DNA from: Eledone cirrhosa
Lineage: Eukaryota
Reading direction: 5' to 3'
Assembly (NCBI GenBank): GCA_964016885.1
Contig: CAXHJY010001677.1
Span: forward strand, 62,001-126,000
Length of the DNA stretch: 64,000 nucleotides
Shown here: piece after piece, positions 1 to 14,653 of the stretch
How the letters are laid out: the number at the start of each line of letters is the position of its first letter
Position numbering within the stretch: position 1 is the first letter of the stretch
Made by a program: the position numbers and the translations under genes
Notes under the pieces: generated by a model
Seen by the model: only the letters and a program-made list of their open reading frames with translations
Told to the model about the DNA's origin: nothing
Databases searched by the model: none

Positions 1-1426
1 CTATAGTTTTTAAAAACCATATCTCTAATATTAGTCGTAGGACCTCCACCCTCTCTTCCTCAAAGCTATTTTCAATAAGGCATCCCCTACTATAATAAAG
101 CCCTCCAAAATAGCGGATTTAGCGAACCGATTAAATACATACCCAACCATACTAACTCTATTAAACATAAAAACAGGAAAAGAAAAATAACCTGGTTCAC
201 ACCCCCTACTATCTAGTAGTTAAAACTAATGTAGCCAAAAAATTCCTAGAACTCTTAGATAAACATTTCCCTAGAACACATAGATACTATAAGATCTTTA
301 ATAGAAACTGTGTCAAAATTAGCTACTCCTGCGGTCCCCCTATTAAATCTTATATCATCAACAAAAAATCACCTAGAGAACATCAAAATTGCTCCTGTAG
401 AGTCAAAAGTGAATGCCCATTACAAGGTAAATGCAACACCAAAGCCATTGTATATGCGGCTAATTGACAACCATCAGCAACAACCAACCAGCCACCAGTG
501 AACGATATTTGGGTATGACACAAGACAAATTCAAAACGCGTTATTACTCACATGTCGCATCCTTTCGACATCCAGAAAAAAGATTCACAACAGCTCTGGC
601 TAGCAGAATATGGGATTTGAAAGACCAAGGTATGCAATATAAATTGGATTGGTCAATTTTGAACCAATCTAAAGAATATGCAAGAGGAACCAGAAAATGC
701 ACGCTCCGCATAAATGAAAAATATTGGATTTTACAAAACCTTAAATCACCAAAAGCCTGCCTAAATACAAAGACAGAAATGTTCACCAGTTGCCCACACA
801 TGAAATCACACTTGCTTTCCAGCTCATATAAACTTAACACACTTTCAGATACTTATCCTCCAGAAGCTCTTATTCTTCACCTAAATTATTCTCTTTAAAG
901 ACTACTCTTTCTGATTTACTTTTTTAACCTTATTATTAATTTTATTTTTATTTTTATTTTTACTTCATATCCACCAGTAACCCCCCACCCCCCCTTATTC
1001 TTCGATTCACTTACCTAATATCTTCACTTTCCACTTTTTACTTCCTCTTTTCTTTACTAGCTGATTATAGTAGCCACTTGCGTTTTCCACTCCAGATATT
1101 TTCTGTAATTTCGCAGCCAATTTTATATTTTTATATTTGTACTGACTTATTCATAGGGCTGCTTTACAAAGAGTATCTATGTGTCTGAGCGTCTTTATGT
1201 GTGTTTACTTTCTGTAAATGTACGCGAACGCCTCCGTACGTGCGCGTGCGTGCATGTGTGTATATATATGTGTATGTATGTGTGTTTTGACTTCTGGATG
1301 TTTACATCTAGTGTTTTACATTCTTATTTTTATGTGTGTGATTGTAAGCGGGTCAATGTACGTGAATGTATATATGTGTGTATGTGTGTATGTATGTATT
1401 GTATGTATGGGTGTGTATGTGTGCGC

Positions 1427-1466
<40 letters not shown>

Positions 1467-2315
1467 GTGTGTGTGTATACAGTTGCGTAGGTACGTGTGA
1501 TTAGATATACATGGGGCGATATGTATGTATGTATATACGTGCATCATATGTGTGTATGTACGCTCGCAAACGCTTTTGTCTGCACGTATTGCGTGTATAT
1601 ATATATTTTTTTTTATAGATATATGTTTCTCATAGATATATGTGTATGTACGCGTATACCTTGTTTGTTTTCTTTCCTTTTCTTTTCTCTTCTCTAGTGT
1701 TTATTTGACTACTTTCTCTTTTTCTTTTTCTCTTTCATTTAAATATTGTTCCATTTTTATAAATATATCGAGAATGACACTTTCTTTTAACTATAACACT
1801 CCCTTACCTCTTTATCTTCCACATATAAGTAATCGCGCGTGTATGTGTGTTTATACGCGTGCCTTCATATTCTTATATGTATTTAACACCCTGTTTATGT
1901 ATACAAGTCAACTAGATTATAAATTTATTTTCAACTTATATTATATCCGTATTTGTGGTTACATATAGACAAATATACATGCCCTCATATATATATTTAC
2001 GGACACATTTTCACCATACACACGCATTTGTATATACATACATATGTACATTTGTGAGTGTATATACATACATATACACACACCTAACTATATTTCCTTA
2101 TATTTTTTATATATTTTATATGTCTATTCCATTACTTTCATTTATATATATATATAATATTTTTTTTTTTGCTTTTCTTGAGGAGACATTCCAAATATTT
2201 CACTATGTTTTATATTGCCTCGTCTGACGAACGAATGAGGACGTTTCTTTTGTATTCGTCTTATTCGGGGAACCTCTGGTAATGAGGTATTTATATTGTA
2301 TTGTTTATTATACAT

Positions 2316-2320
<5 letters not shown>
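1..2320 (+). mobile_element. PLE family B, 3' part: degraded thumb/linker, GIY-YIG endonuclease and long 3' UTR
   Basis: ORF 464..898 has YLGMTQDKFKTRYYSHVASF...TTALASRIWDLK...C.L...EK, a PLE-type GIY-YIG. Frameshifts lie upstream. Confidence 0.85.
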
Positions 2321-4214
<1,894 letters not shown>

Positions 4215-4215
<1 letters not shown>

Positions 4216-7200
4216 AATACAGTATTTACGTATCGAGAGAGAGAGAAAAAAAAGGTGAAGATAGGTGATACATATAGTTATTTGCCAAGTAGCGTATGCC
4301 AAAGGTGTTCGACACTAGTGCCGGCAGTATTAAATATTCGAAGTGTTAATAGTTAGTGGGCTAGAGAATTAGCAGAGCATAAGCACGTGGGAATGTAAGA
4401 AATCGGAGAATAGACCGTTAAAACATGTCTATTTAAAACAGCACCTACGTACGTTTCGCCCAGTTGGGTTTCTCAAGGGCATAAATAATCAAAAGTGTTC
4501 CTTACATTGCTTGGAAAGAGATTTTGAGGTTAAATCCACGTCAAGTTTCACTGCTCGCCAAAATAGCTTGTTTTGATTTTGCAGCAGGTGAAGGGAGGTA
4601 ACTCTGGCCGGTGTTAGCGCAATATTTCCCGTACAAATTTTTTTATCTGCTACTAGATGAGGTTACAACCTTACCATTGTCGATACGCATGTAATCAACG
4701 CTTATTTTGAGATTATTTTTTGCTGGATCTGTTTGTCTGAGTCGTTTGAGGCTGGGTCTCGTATGCAAGGATAGTTTCCTGGGTGTTCTATTGCAGCGCC
4801 TTCCCGCCGGGGTGTTAAGACTTGTTGCAGGGAGATCCGATGCACGCTTTCACTCCTCATCCTTAACCCATCTGAAGATGGATATTTTTAAGCGATGTGT
4901 ACAACTTATCGCTGTTTTAGCTCTGCTGTTGATGAGCTCGGGTGTGCAGTTATGATGTGGTAGAGCTCCATGAGGCAAAGATCGCATTTCCTCTTGAAGT
5001 TGTACAGTGCAGCCCGGCCGAAAATATCCCAGTGCGTGGAGAAGCTGATGTTTAAGTCCTTTTGTGATGTGATGTAGTCCGCGAGCGAAGTGGAGTTTCT
5101 TAGTTTTTTATTTGTGAAAGAGTGGAGATGTGTTCGAAACCTAATTTTGAACGGGCCGGAGGTAGCCCCTATATAATGTTTAACGCTATTGTGGCTAGTT
5201 ATAGTGCATCTATATATAACCCTATCAGTCAAGCAGTATCCTCTAAGTGGGCAGCGTCCTCTGTCGCGGCAGTTGCAATTTCTGTCGCGGTTCCGTCTAT
5301 TTCCCACGGTAAGGCTATCATTGTTTCTGCCTACGTTGTTACCCACGCTACCGCAGCTGTCGTTAGCACAATTACAACCCACAGCACGCGGGGTGGGGCG
5401 ATGGTTATTCCGCATGTCATGTCCTGCATGTTCCCCAGTCATTTCGCGGTTATGCTGGTTGCGTCTGCGTATGCCGTTGCCAACACTTTTGGATGCTGCC
5501 AGGGAGTGGTTAAAGCCGATATAGTTATTGTGAGGTGTAGGTGCGTCTGAGTCGAGGTGCTGTGTCTTGGTGATCTTACTGTGGTTCGTTGTCCTATGAT
5601 GTCTGCTAGGTTAGGAGTAGTAGAAAAGGATATTTTTATATTGTTCCTATTAAGAAATTTTCTATACCTATGGTTGGGCGGGAAGTTCTTCTCTAAGGCT
5701 TCGAAGAACATCCGGGGTATGTTGGAGGCCACACTCCGAGAATAGGGGGGTGGGGGTGGAACCATAGGACGTTACGGTGGCGATTACGTGTCCTTGTACG
5801 TTTGCTACGGGTGGTTCCATCTAGGTGACCCTCTTATGTGTGTTAGTGCGCAGTCGCCCGTTCGGTACCCCTTTCACTTTATGCTCGGGTGCACTCTTCC
5901 TACCTCTTCCATGTTTATGTACAGGAAGATGTTGGTTGGAAGGCGTTGGTAGTAGGCAGTCGCCTTTGTTGGTTTTGTAATAGGGGAATAGTTCGAGTAA
6001 TCTACAGTGGTGACCGTCGCCGGGGTCGTGATCTTTAGTACGGTTATCTATTCTATTATATCCAACTTCAACGAGGTCGCCGCGTGATCGGTTATAGGTA
6101 TGGCTTACTATAACGTTCGTTTTATGAGGTGGTGGTTTCTAGAGCTAGCGTTAGGGATGTAGGAAATTCCTCGGTTAAACCGGCGCTTATCAAGGCCCTA
6201 CTGTAGTAATCTGCCGCTTGGTTGAAGATATCCTCATTGGCGGATAGTCTCGAGATTCTATGTGAGATACTATAGACTATGGAGTTGAGAGTCTGCTTAG
6301 GGTGGTTGGAGGCATAATTAATATAAGAGAGGCACTCTCCAGGCTTATGATATGGCTTGTATAAACCCGTACTCAACTCCAGGGTCACGTCCAGGAAGTT
6401 GACAACCTTTTGGTTGAGGTCCATAGTTACGGATAGGCCGTATGACTTGAAGAACCTGTGTATATGTTTGTTAAGGTTCTCTATCCTACGGGGGCTATGG
6501 TTCCTAACAGGAAACAGGGCGTATCTCTATATACACCTCCTTGTAGGGCCGGTATCTCCTCCCTATGCTTATGTAGGAGGTATATCCCGACAAGGTCAGT
6601 TGCTTGCGCTGAGTCACTGGACCCCATCGTGGCATCGAAGTTATCAGGACGGTTGGTTCTGGTCCAGTGGGAGCCTTCGAACTGGATAATGTTTCTACGC
6701 GCCGCTAGAACTATGTCAATTTCTTTTTTAGTAAGGGTAGTGTTAGATTTAGCTAAGATAAGTGCCTTATTTAAGAGTATGGGGGATATAGAGGCGTAGT
6801 AATTATCTATGTCAAACTGGATGAACTTCAGGGTGGCTTTATCCGGCAACTCGGTGAACCAATTTATGACCTGGTCGGTGTTGCCCCAGAAGCAGAGCTT
6901 AACCTTTCTATTAAGCTCCAGTAGTACTCTGTCGAGAATCACTTTACTAATCTTACCTATATCTGATGTAGAGGGGCATATTAGTCTAATAGAGGGGCTT
7001 TCATTAAAGTCATATTTGTGATCCTTAAGAGAGAATTTAGGCGTAAGAGGGACGTACGGGTTAGTGTACTTTTCTATTTCTAAGCTGGTGCTAGTGACTA
7101 TATCCTTCCCTACTCTATTTATGTCATTTCGGGTACTAGAGGGTGTCTTTTTGTAGTGTTTGTGTAGTTCCTTATAAATGAATGTTTTATACTTATTCGC

Positions 7201-7615
7201 GTCCATCTTGTACAGCTTCTTGGTTTTGTGGGAGGTGACGAAGAGGTGCGGGTCATTCTTGATCTTAGTTATTAGTGTATCAAGGGACGTTAAGAATGGA
7301 TTACTGCATTTGTGTTTCTTTCTGAACTTAACGTTTTTGATCTTCAAAGGAGTCCAGTAAGGTGTTGTGCGGTGGGTTTCGGTATGTTTTGAAGCCAAAC
7401 CTCTCTTTGGGTTCAGGAAGGTTATGGGTGTTCTTATCCAGGTGGTAGGCCTTCCATCTGACTCTCGTATAAACGAATTAGTAGCGTCTATAAGCAGTTT
7501 GGGGTAGCTTTTTCTGCTGGGTAAGGGGATACACTTGAGAGACATGGGTAACGGCTGGTTCTCCAACATAATGGTAAATAAGGTGAGATGCTCTACAAAA
7601 GGAGCAAGGTAATAC
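4215..7615 (-). mobile_element. PLE family C, near full length, frameshifted
   Basis: RT motifs [41 protein letters not shown] and NFLDVTL. GIY-YIG CNCRDRGRCPLRGYCL...VIYRC...HYIGATSGPFKIRF. Confidence 0.9.
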
Positions 7616-7712
7616 AAATATATATATATGTATATATATATGTATATATATATATATGTATGTATATATGTATATATATGTATACATATATGTATATATA
7701 TATAAATATATG

Positions 7713-7749
<37 letters not shown>

Positions 7750-7909
7750 GTATATATATATATGTATATATATATATGTATGTATATATATATGTATATA
7801 TATATGTATATATATATATATCTGTATGTGTATATATATATATACAGATATATATATATATATACATATATATATACATACATATATATATATACATATA
7901 TATATATAC

Positions 7910-7941
<32 letters not shown>

Positions 7942-7980
7942 GTATGTATATATACATATATATATATATGTATATATATA

Positions 7981-8788
7981 CCTGTAAAATAAGCCCCCAT
8001 ATTAATTGTAAAACTAGAAATGTAGTGTATAGCATAAGATGTACTGAAGGACAATGTAGAGACAAAAATATAGTGTACATAGGTGAGACAGCTCGTAGTG
8101 TAGGGGAACGGATAAATGAACACTGGCGAGACCTTCAAGATAGTAAAGAATCATCTGTACTCTACCAACATGCTAAAATAGAACATAAGGGTAAATTAGA
8201 GAACATAGAAATAAAATTAGAATCTACACACAGAAAAGACGCAACGTTTAGACAAATCACAGAGGCAATAAACATAAAAGAATTACAACCAAAATTAAAT
8301 AGAAAATATGAGTGGAACAGCAACATCACAACTTACAATTAAGGACAAAATGAAAACACACACACACACATAGAACAAACAACCAACCGGTAACATGTAA
8401 ATAAACAAATAAATAAACAAATATAAACACACACAGACACCCAGATGTGGCGCATCCGCAGACTGAGCACCCAACACACACACAGAAACAAAATGGCGTA
8501 GGACAGAACAAAGGAGAGGCACAAAAACAAAGAAAAGAATCCCCAGTCACTGAAGAGGTCACAGAATGTGTGGCGAAAGAACTTTGACAATATATAAACA
8601 ACTATATGGTTGTGGAACCAACCCACCAACCAGAAATTTATAAATTCCTAAATTTATAAATTTATTATAATAAATTGAAGTGAAAGGAACTGGTGCGTGT
8701 GTTTCTTATGTGCAACGTGACCCTCCCAATATCAGTTTCAACACACGATTTCCGATAAAGAATCTTGCTAAACAAATTCAGAAACGAA

Positions 8789-8790
<2 letters not shown>
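7981..8790 (+). mobile_element. PLE family A, 5'-truncated copy A3 (GIY-YIG plus pLTR; mirror 49297-50106, minus)
   Basis: [12 protein letters not shown]...[16 protein letters not shown]. The 3' region is homologous to 18335-18810. Confidence 0.92.
8546..8588 (+). ncRNA. Minimal type I HHR in the family A pLTR (mirror 49499-49541, minus)
   Basis: gtca-CTGAAGA-g-gtcaca gaatg tgtggc-GAAA-gaac-TT-tgac. Confidence 0.65.
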
Positions 8791-8824
<34 letters not shown>

Positions 8825-8962
8825 GTATGTATATATATATATATATGTATATATATATGTATCTATATATATATATATATATATATACTCGTATATGTAT
8901 ATATATATATATGTATATATATATGTATGTATATGTATATATGTATGTATATATATATGTAT

Positions 8963-10142
8963 AACTGGAAAAGTAGGTGAGTGGCTGCATGACTTCCTAA
9001 GGGGCAGAAGCCAGACAGTCGCAGCAAATGGGGCCCTCTCAAAGGAAACACCAATAACAAGTGGGGTGCCCCAGGGGACAGTCCTGGGACCACTACTCTT
9101 TTTGGTGGCCCTCTCAGACATGCCCTCTGTAGTACATCCAACAACATCCCTTACTAGCTATGCTAATGACACTAAGGTAGCACAGGCAATCAAAAACCCG
9201 GCTGACGCTTCCCTTTTACAACAAGAACTTGATGCCTTATACAAATGGGCGGAAGAAAACAACATGCAGTTTAATGCTGGCAAAATCCACGCCCTACAAT
9301 ACAAACCTCCAAACAAACCTTCCAACACAAATATAGTACAACACAACTACACAGTACCAGGAGGGACCGATATCCCCGTGTCAAAATCGATACGAGACCT
9401 GGGCATAGACATGAGCGATGATGCAAATTTTTCCTCACACATCATGAAAGTGGCGACAAAATACAGACGACTTGCTGGCTGGATCATGAGGACTTTCCGG
9501 ACAAGAGACCGAAACACTATGTTGAAACTATGGAGGACATTTGTCCTAAGCTGCCTGGACTACTTCTCCCAGTTGTGGTCACCCAATAGTGTCAAACTAA
9601 CCACGGAGCTAGAGGCAATCCAGCGAAGCTACACCAAGCGGATTGCCACGATGAAGGAGACAAGCTACTGGGAGAGGCTAAAGGAACTGAACCTTTACAC
9701 CTTGGAACGAAGACGGGAGAGATACGGAAAATCCTTGAGGGTCTAGCACTAAACTTTGGCATTAGGAGTTGGACAAACCGTCAAACAGGACGTCACTGTG
9801 TGGTGCCAAAGTTCCCGTCTTCCACATCGAGAATACGGAGCAGGTATTGCAATAGCCTGGGATTCAAGGGCCCTCAACTCTTCAACAAGCTGTCGAAGGA
9901 TCTGAGAGATTTGCATGACGTGGAGGTGGATGTCTTCAAGAAACATCTCGACACCTTGCTATACAGTATCTCAGATGAGCCCACAGCACGGCAAGAGGGA
10001 AACCTAAGGACAGCAGCAACAAACTCCCTCTTACACCAGTGGCCAACCTATACAGGCTGGAGATAAAATGTATAGCAACAAGGGCGGTGCTCCAGCATGG
10101 CCTCAGCCGGATGGCTGTAACAGGTAGAAGAGTAAAAAGAGT
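8963..10142 (+). mobile_element. 5'-truncated non-LTR retrotransposon, CR1/L2-group-like RT C-terminus plus 3' tail (mirror 47945-49124, minus)
   Basis: [20 protein letters not shown] (YADD mutated), [12 protein letters not shown] and [19 protein letters not shown]. Confidence 0.9.
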
Positions 10143-10149
10143 ATGTATG

Positions 10150-10185
<36 letters not shown>

Positions 10186-10244
10186 TGTATGTATATATAA
10201 GTATATATATATATGTATATATATATGAATGTATATATATGTAT

Positions 10245-10750
10245 GTCAGGTGACCAGTTGGTGCTACTGGTAACATGTATTCCAGTACAACCTGTCTCAT
10301 GGTCGGGTCGTTGGCGACTAAACTGGCAACCCCACCAAGGTTTCTTGGTGAGGAGGGTGACTTTGGACATCCTGCAGGACTAAAAACAAAACCTGTCAAA
10401 GGGCAAAGGAGCTCTTAAGAGTCAATGGCCATCCAAAATCACTGGGAGAGATGATACCTTAGCCTTTGTCAAGGCAGAATTCTAGGAGAAAGAAAACTCT
10501 GATATAACACCTGCAACTCTGATGGTATCCAATGATGTTGACTTGTTCTTCTTTTTGGTAAATATCATCTTGGTTAAGAGAGTGGGACTGGCTTTGTGCA
10601 GTGCCTTTGTTCACTATAAAAGCTTCAGGGCAAGGCATTGCTTTATATCTGGAGATCTCTCTGCACTTGTCATCACATCGTATCATGGGCCCAGAACTAT
10701 GTGTCAATAATATAAAGTAGTGGCCGTACTCGAAAACGAGTTGGCAGCCA

Positions 10751-10752
<2 letters not shown>
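10245..10752 (+). repeat. Dispersed repeat, longest 5' version (mirror 47339-47846)
   Basis: Homologous to 3034-3446 and 29497-30024, with an internal deletion relative to them. Confidence 0.65.
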
Positions 10753-10785
<33 letters not shown>

Positions 10786-10811
10786 AGTATATATATATAT
10801 ATGTATATATG

Positions 10812-10845
<34 letters not shown>

Positions 10846-11042
10846 CGTATATATATATATGTATCTATATATATATATACGTATATATATATGTGTATAC
10901 ATATATGTATATATGTATATATATATGTATATATATATGTGAATATATGTATATATGTACATACATATATATATGTGTATATATATATATATGTATATAT
11001 ATATACAATTAACAACAAAGAGCGCTTAGAACATAGGTATAT

Positions 11043-11100
11043 CTTTAATTGCTAACAGTGTTTCGTCCACACTAGAAGTGGGACTCTTCAGAGCATAAAG
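11043..11100 (-). ncRNA. Type I HHR (mirror 46995-47052, plus)
   Basis: cttta-TGCT-CTGAAGA-GTCCCAC ttcta GTGTGGAC-GAAA-cactg-TT-AGCA-at-taaag. Canonical core with stems I and II paired. Confidence 0.85.
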
Positions 11101-11214
11101 AGTAAATACATAGTATACAAGCATTGACAAAGCCAAAACAGAAGAATATATGTGGGGATACCATAAGTTGGGAGGAGTTTAAAGAGTAAAGTAAAAGGAG
11201 TAAAATAAGAAAAG

Positions 11215-11830
11215 AGTAAAATAAAAATAAAAATAAAAATAAAAATAAAAATAAAAATAAAAATAAAAATAAAAATAAAAATAAAAATAAAAATAAAAAT
11301 AAAAATAAAAATAAAAATAAAAATAAAAATAAAAATAAAAATAAAAATGAAAAATAAGAAATGTTATCACTCACAGTTGGGCAGGGTTCCGTTAACATAC
11401 AGCTACATACAAGTATACGCATAATCATGAGCACCCGCATGCACCTACACACAAGCACCCGTATGCAACACATACAGTATACACTAATACAAATAACATA
11501 TCATAGACGGATGGGCACAAGTTAAGAGATAGAGAAAGATAAAAAATAGATAAGAGGTAGATAAAAAATAGATAAAAAAATAGATAAAAAATAGATAAAA
11601 AATAGATAAAAAATAGATAAAAAATAGATAAAAAATAGATAAAAAATAGATAAAAAATAGATAAAAAAATAGATAAAAAATAGATAAAAAATGGATAAAA
11701 CATAGATAAAACAGATAAAAAATAAATAAAAACTAGGTAAAAAATAGATAAAAATAGATAAAAAATATATAAAAAATAGATTAAAAAATAGATAAAAAAT
11801 AGATAAAAGATAAAAAATAAAATGAAATAA
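11215..11830. repeat. (AAAAAT)n hexamer run and (ATAGATAAAAA)n 11-mer minisatellite within the HHR-bearing non-coding segment 11005-11995
   Basis: Read directly. Both runs are longer in the mirror copy (about 46140-46880). Confidence 0.9.
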
Positions 11831-11996
11831 AATAAAATAAAGTAAAGTAAAATATACACCAGAAGATAAATAAAACAATACACCAAAAAAATGGAGTAAA
11901 ATATACAACATAAAGGAAGGTGTGGGTAAAGATAAGACTGGCAAATGCATAAGCTATCAAGCTATGTTCAACAAGTGATATACGTACAATATATAA

Positions 11997-13105
11997 AAGA
12001 ATGAAACGCGTAGATTACTTCCCTTGCTTTTATCGAGAATCTAATTGTAATACGTGACGTATTCTATTCTATAGCGATTAGGTCTTCAAAATGTTTATTA
12101 TAAACATACAGAATATTTTCGAATATTCTATGTCTATATTCACATATATATCGCTATTTCAGAGCATTTATTCCAATTTCTAATTTCTGCCGGACCGGCA
12201 ACCGCTCTTTCAAACCAGTTCCTGTACACAGCTAAGTATTCTATAAGTCTCTAGCTGTGTCATTCTCGATAAAAGCACTGGATATGTAGTTCTGAAGATT
12301 TCTAATAAGAATGAAACGCGTAGATTACTTCCCTTGCTTTTATCGAGAATCTAATTGTAATACGTGACGTATTCTATTCTATAGCGATTAGGTCTTCAAA
12401 GTGTTTATTATAAACATACAGAATATTTTCGAATATTCTATGTCTATATTCACATATATATCGCTATTTCAGAGCATTTATTCCAATTTCTAATTTCTGC
12501 CGGACCGGCAACCGCTCTTTCAAACCAGTTCCTGTACACAGCTAAGTATTCTATAAGTCTCTAGCTGTGTCATTCTCGATAAAAGCACTGGAGATGTAGT
12601 CCTGAAGATTTCTAATAAGAATGAAACGCGTAGATTACTTCCCTTGCTTTTATCGAGAATCTAATTGTAATACGTGACGTATTCTATTCTATAGCGATTA
12701 GGTCTTCAAAATGTTTATTATAAACATACAGAATATTTTCGAATATTCTATGTCTATATTCACATATATATCGCTATTTCAGAGCATTTATTCCAATTTC
12801 TAATTTCTGCCGGACCGGCAACCGCTCTTTCAAACCAGTTCCTGTACACAGCTAAGTATTCTATAAGTCTCTAGCTGTGTCATTCTCGATAAAAGCACTG
12901 GATATGTAGTCCTGAAGATTTCTAATAAGAATGAAACGCGTAGATTACTTCCCTTGCTTTTATCGAGAATCTAATTGTAATACGTGACGTATTCTATTCT
13001 ATAGCGATTAGGTCTTCAAAATGTTTATTATAAACATACAGAATATTTTCGAATATTCTATGTCTATATTCACATATATATCGCTATTTCAGAGCATTTA
13101 TTCCA

Positions 13106-13107
<2 letters not shown>
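11997..13107 (+). repeat. Tandem array, 310 bp unit x ~3.6, retrozyme-like, one HHR per unit junction
   Basis: atgaaacgcgtagattac recurs at 12001, 12311, 12621 and 12931. Units are nearly identical. Confidence 0.95.
12596..12638 (+). ncRNA. Minimal type I HHR of the 310 bp unit (also 12286-12328 and 12906-12948; mirrors 45047-45089, 45357-45399, 45667-45709, minus)
   Basis: GTAGTC-CTGAAGA-tTTCT aata AGAAt-GAAA-CGCG-TA-GATTAC. Palindromic stem III (ACGCGT) and predicted cleavage after GUA. Confidence 0.85.
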
Positions 13108-13137
<30 letters not shown>

Positions 13138-13215
13138 GTATATATATACGTATATATGTATATGTATATATATATATATGTATACATATATATGTATATA
13201 TATATATGTATATAT

Positions 13216-14643
13216 ATTGTTATACTTTGGGAGGGTCATGTTGCCAATAAGAAACACACGCACCAGTTGCTTTCACTTCAATTTATTATATATTTATAAA
13301 CTTATAAATTTACAAATCTACAAATTTATAAATTTCTGGTTGGTTGGTTGGTTCCACAACCAGATAGTTGTTTATATATATAGTCATAGTCCTTTCGTCA
13401 CACACTCTGTGACCTCTTCAGTGACTGGGGATTCCTTTCTTTGTTTTTGTGCCTTTCCTTTCTTCTGTCCTACGCCATTTTGTTTCTGTGTGTGTGTTGT
13501 GTGCTCAGTTTGCGCATGCGCCATATCCGGGTGTCTGTGTGTGTTTGTGTTCATTTATTTATTTGTTTATTTATTTACATGTTATTGGTTGATTGTTTGT
13601 TCTATGTGTGTGTGTATTTTCATTTTGTCCTTAATTGTAAGTTGTGATGTTGCTGTTCCACTCATATTTTCTATTTAATTTTGGTTGTAATTCTTTTATC
13701 TTTATTGCCTCTGTAATTTGTCTAAACATAGCATATTTTCTGTGTGTAGATTCTATTTTTATTTCTATGTTCTCTAATTTACCCTTGTGTTCTATATTAG
13801 CATGTTGGTACAGTACGGATGATTCTTTATTATCTTGAAGGTCTCGCCAGTGTTCATTTATCCGTTCCCCTATACTACGAGCTGTCTCACCTATGTACAC
13901 TATATTTTTGTTTCTACATTGTCCTTCAGTACATCTTATGCTATACACTACATTTCTAGTTTTACAGTTAATATGGGGGCTTATTTTACAGGTTATACAT
14001 TTCTTATCTATACATGAGGGTCTTTGGAACGGGTATGTCTTGCTAATAAGTGTTTTTACGGAGGTACCTGGTCTTTCTACTATCTTAATATTGAGTTTAT
14101 GTTTATTTAGGGCCCTTCTAAATTTGTAGGCTTGTTCGCCTCTAGGGGTTGTATCGATGAACATTACACTCTGGTATTTATTGCTATCATACCGTGAGTT
14201 TATTCTATTGGCCTTGTTCCTAGTTCTTTCTATTCTATTCCAAAATTTGCTCCTATACAAGGGGCAGGTCCCATTTATGTCATTATTTACCATTTTTTCC
14301 CATTTGGTTCTGGCTCCTCTATACACTCTGATTCTATCTCTCTGATTGTAGCCAGAGAACTGCATACGGTGGATGAAGTGTTGTATGTGTCTCTCTAGTT
14401 CTTCGGGGTTGCACATGCGGGACACATTTCTCATCACCCGTACCAAATCCGCAATCAGTATGTTGATTTTGGTATGGTCCGAAATGGCCGAGTTTCGGTG
14501 GATCAGATGTTTGGAAGTCATGGGTTTGGCATAATGGGATGGAGGATTTGTTTTTGGTTGTTAATGGTATCTAACCAGAGCTCTGTGTCTAGTACAGGTA
14601 ATCGATGGTTGGGCTGTCTACTTGGGTAGACTATAGTAACTCT
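13216..14643 (-). mobile_element. PLE family A1: inverted upstream 3' segment (thumb, GIY-YIG, pLTR with HHR at 13382-13426)
   Basis: ORF 13631..14521(-) is nearly identical to 17444..18334(+). It joins the plus-strand copy at about 14641-14643 via tct microhomology. Confidence 0.93.
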
Positions 14644-14653
14644 TATTGGCAAC

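Noticed and set aside
11072-11950. Phe/Leu/Tyr-rich membrane-protein-like ORFs
   Set aside because: Products of the AAAAAT and ATAGATAAAAA repeats.
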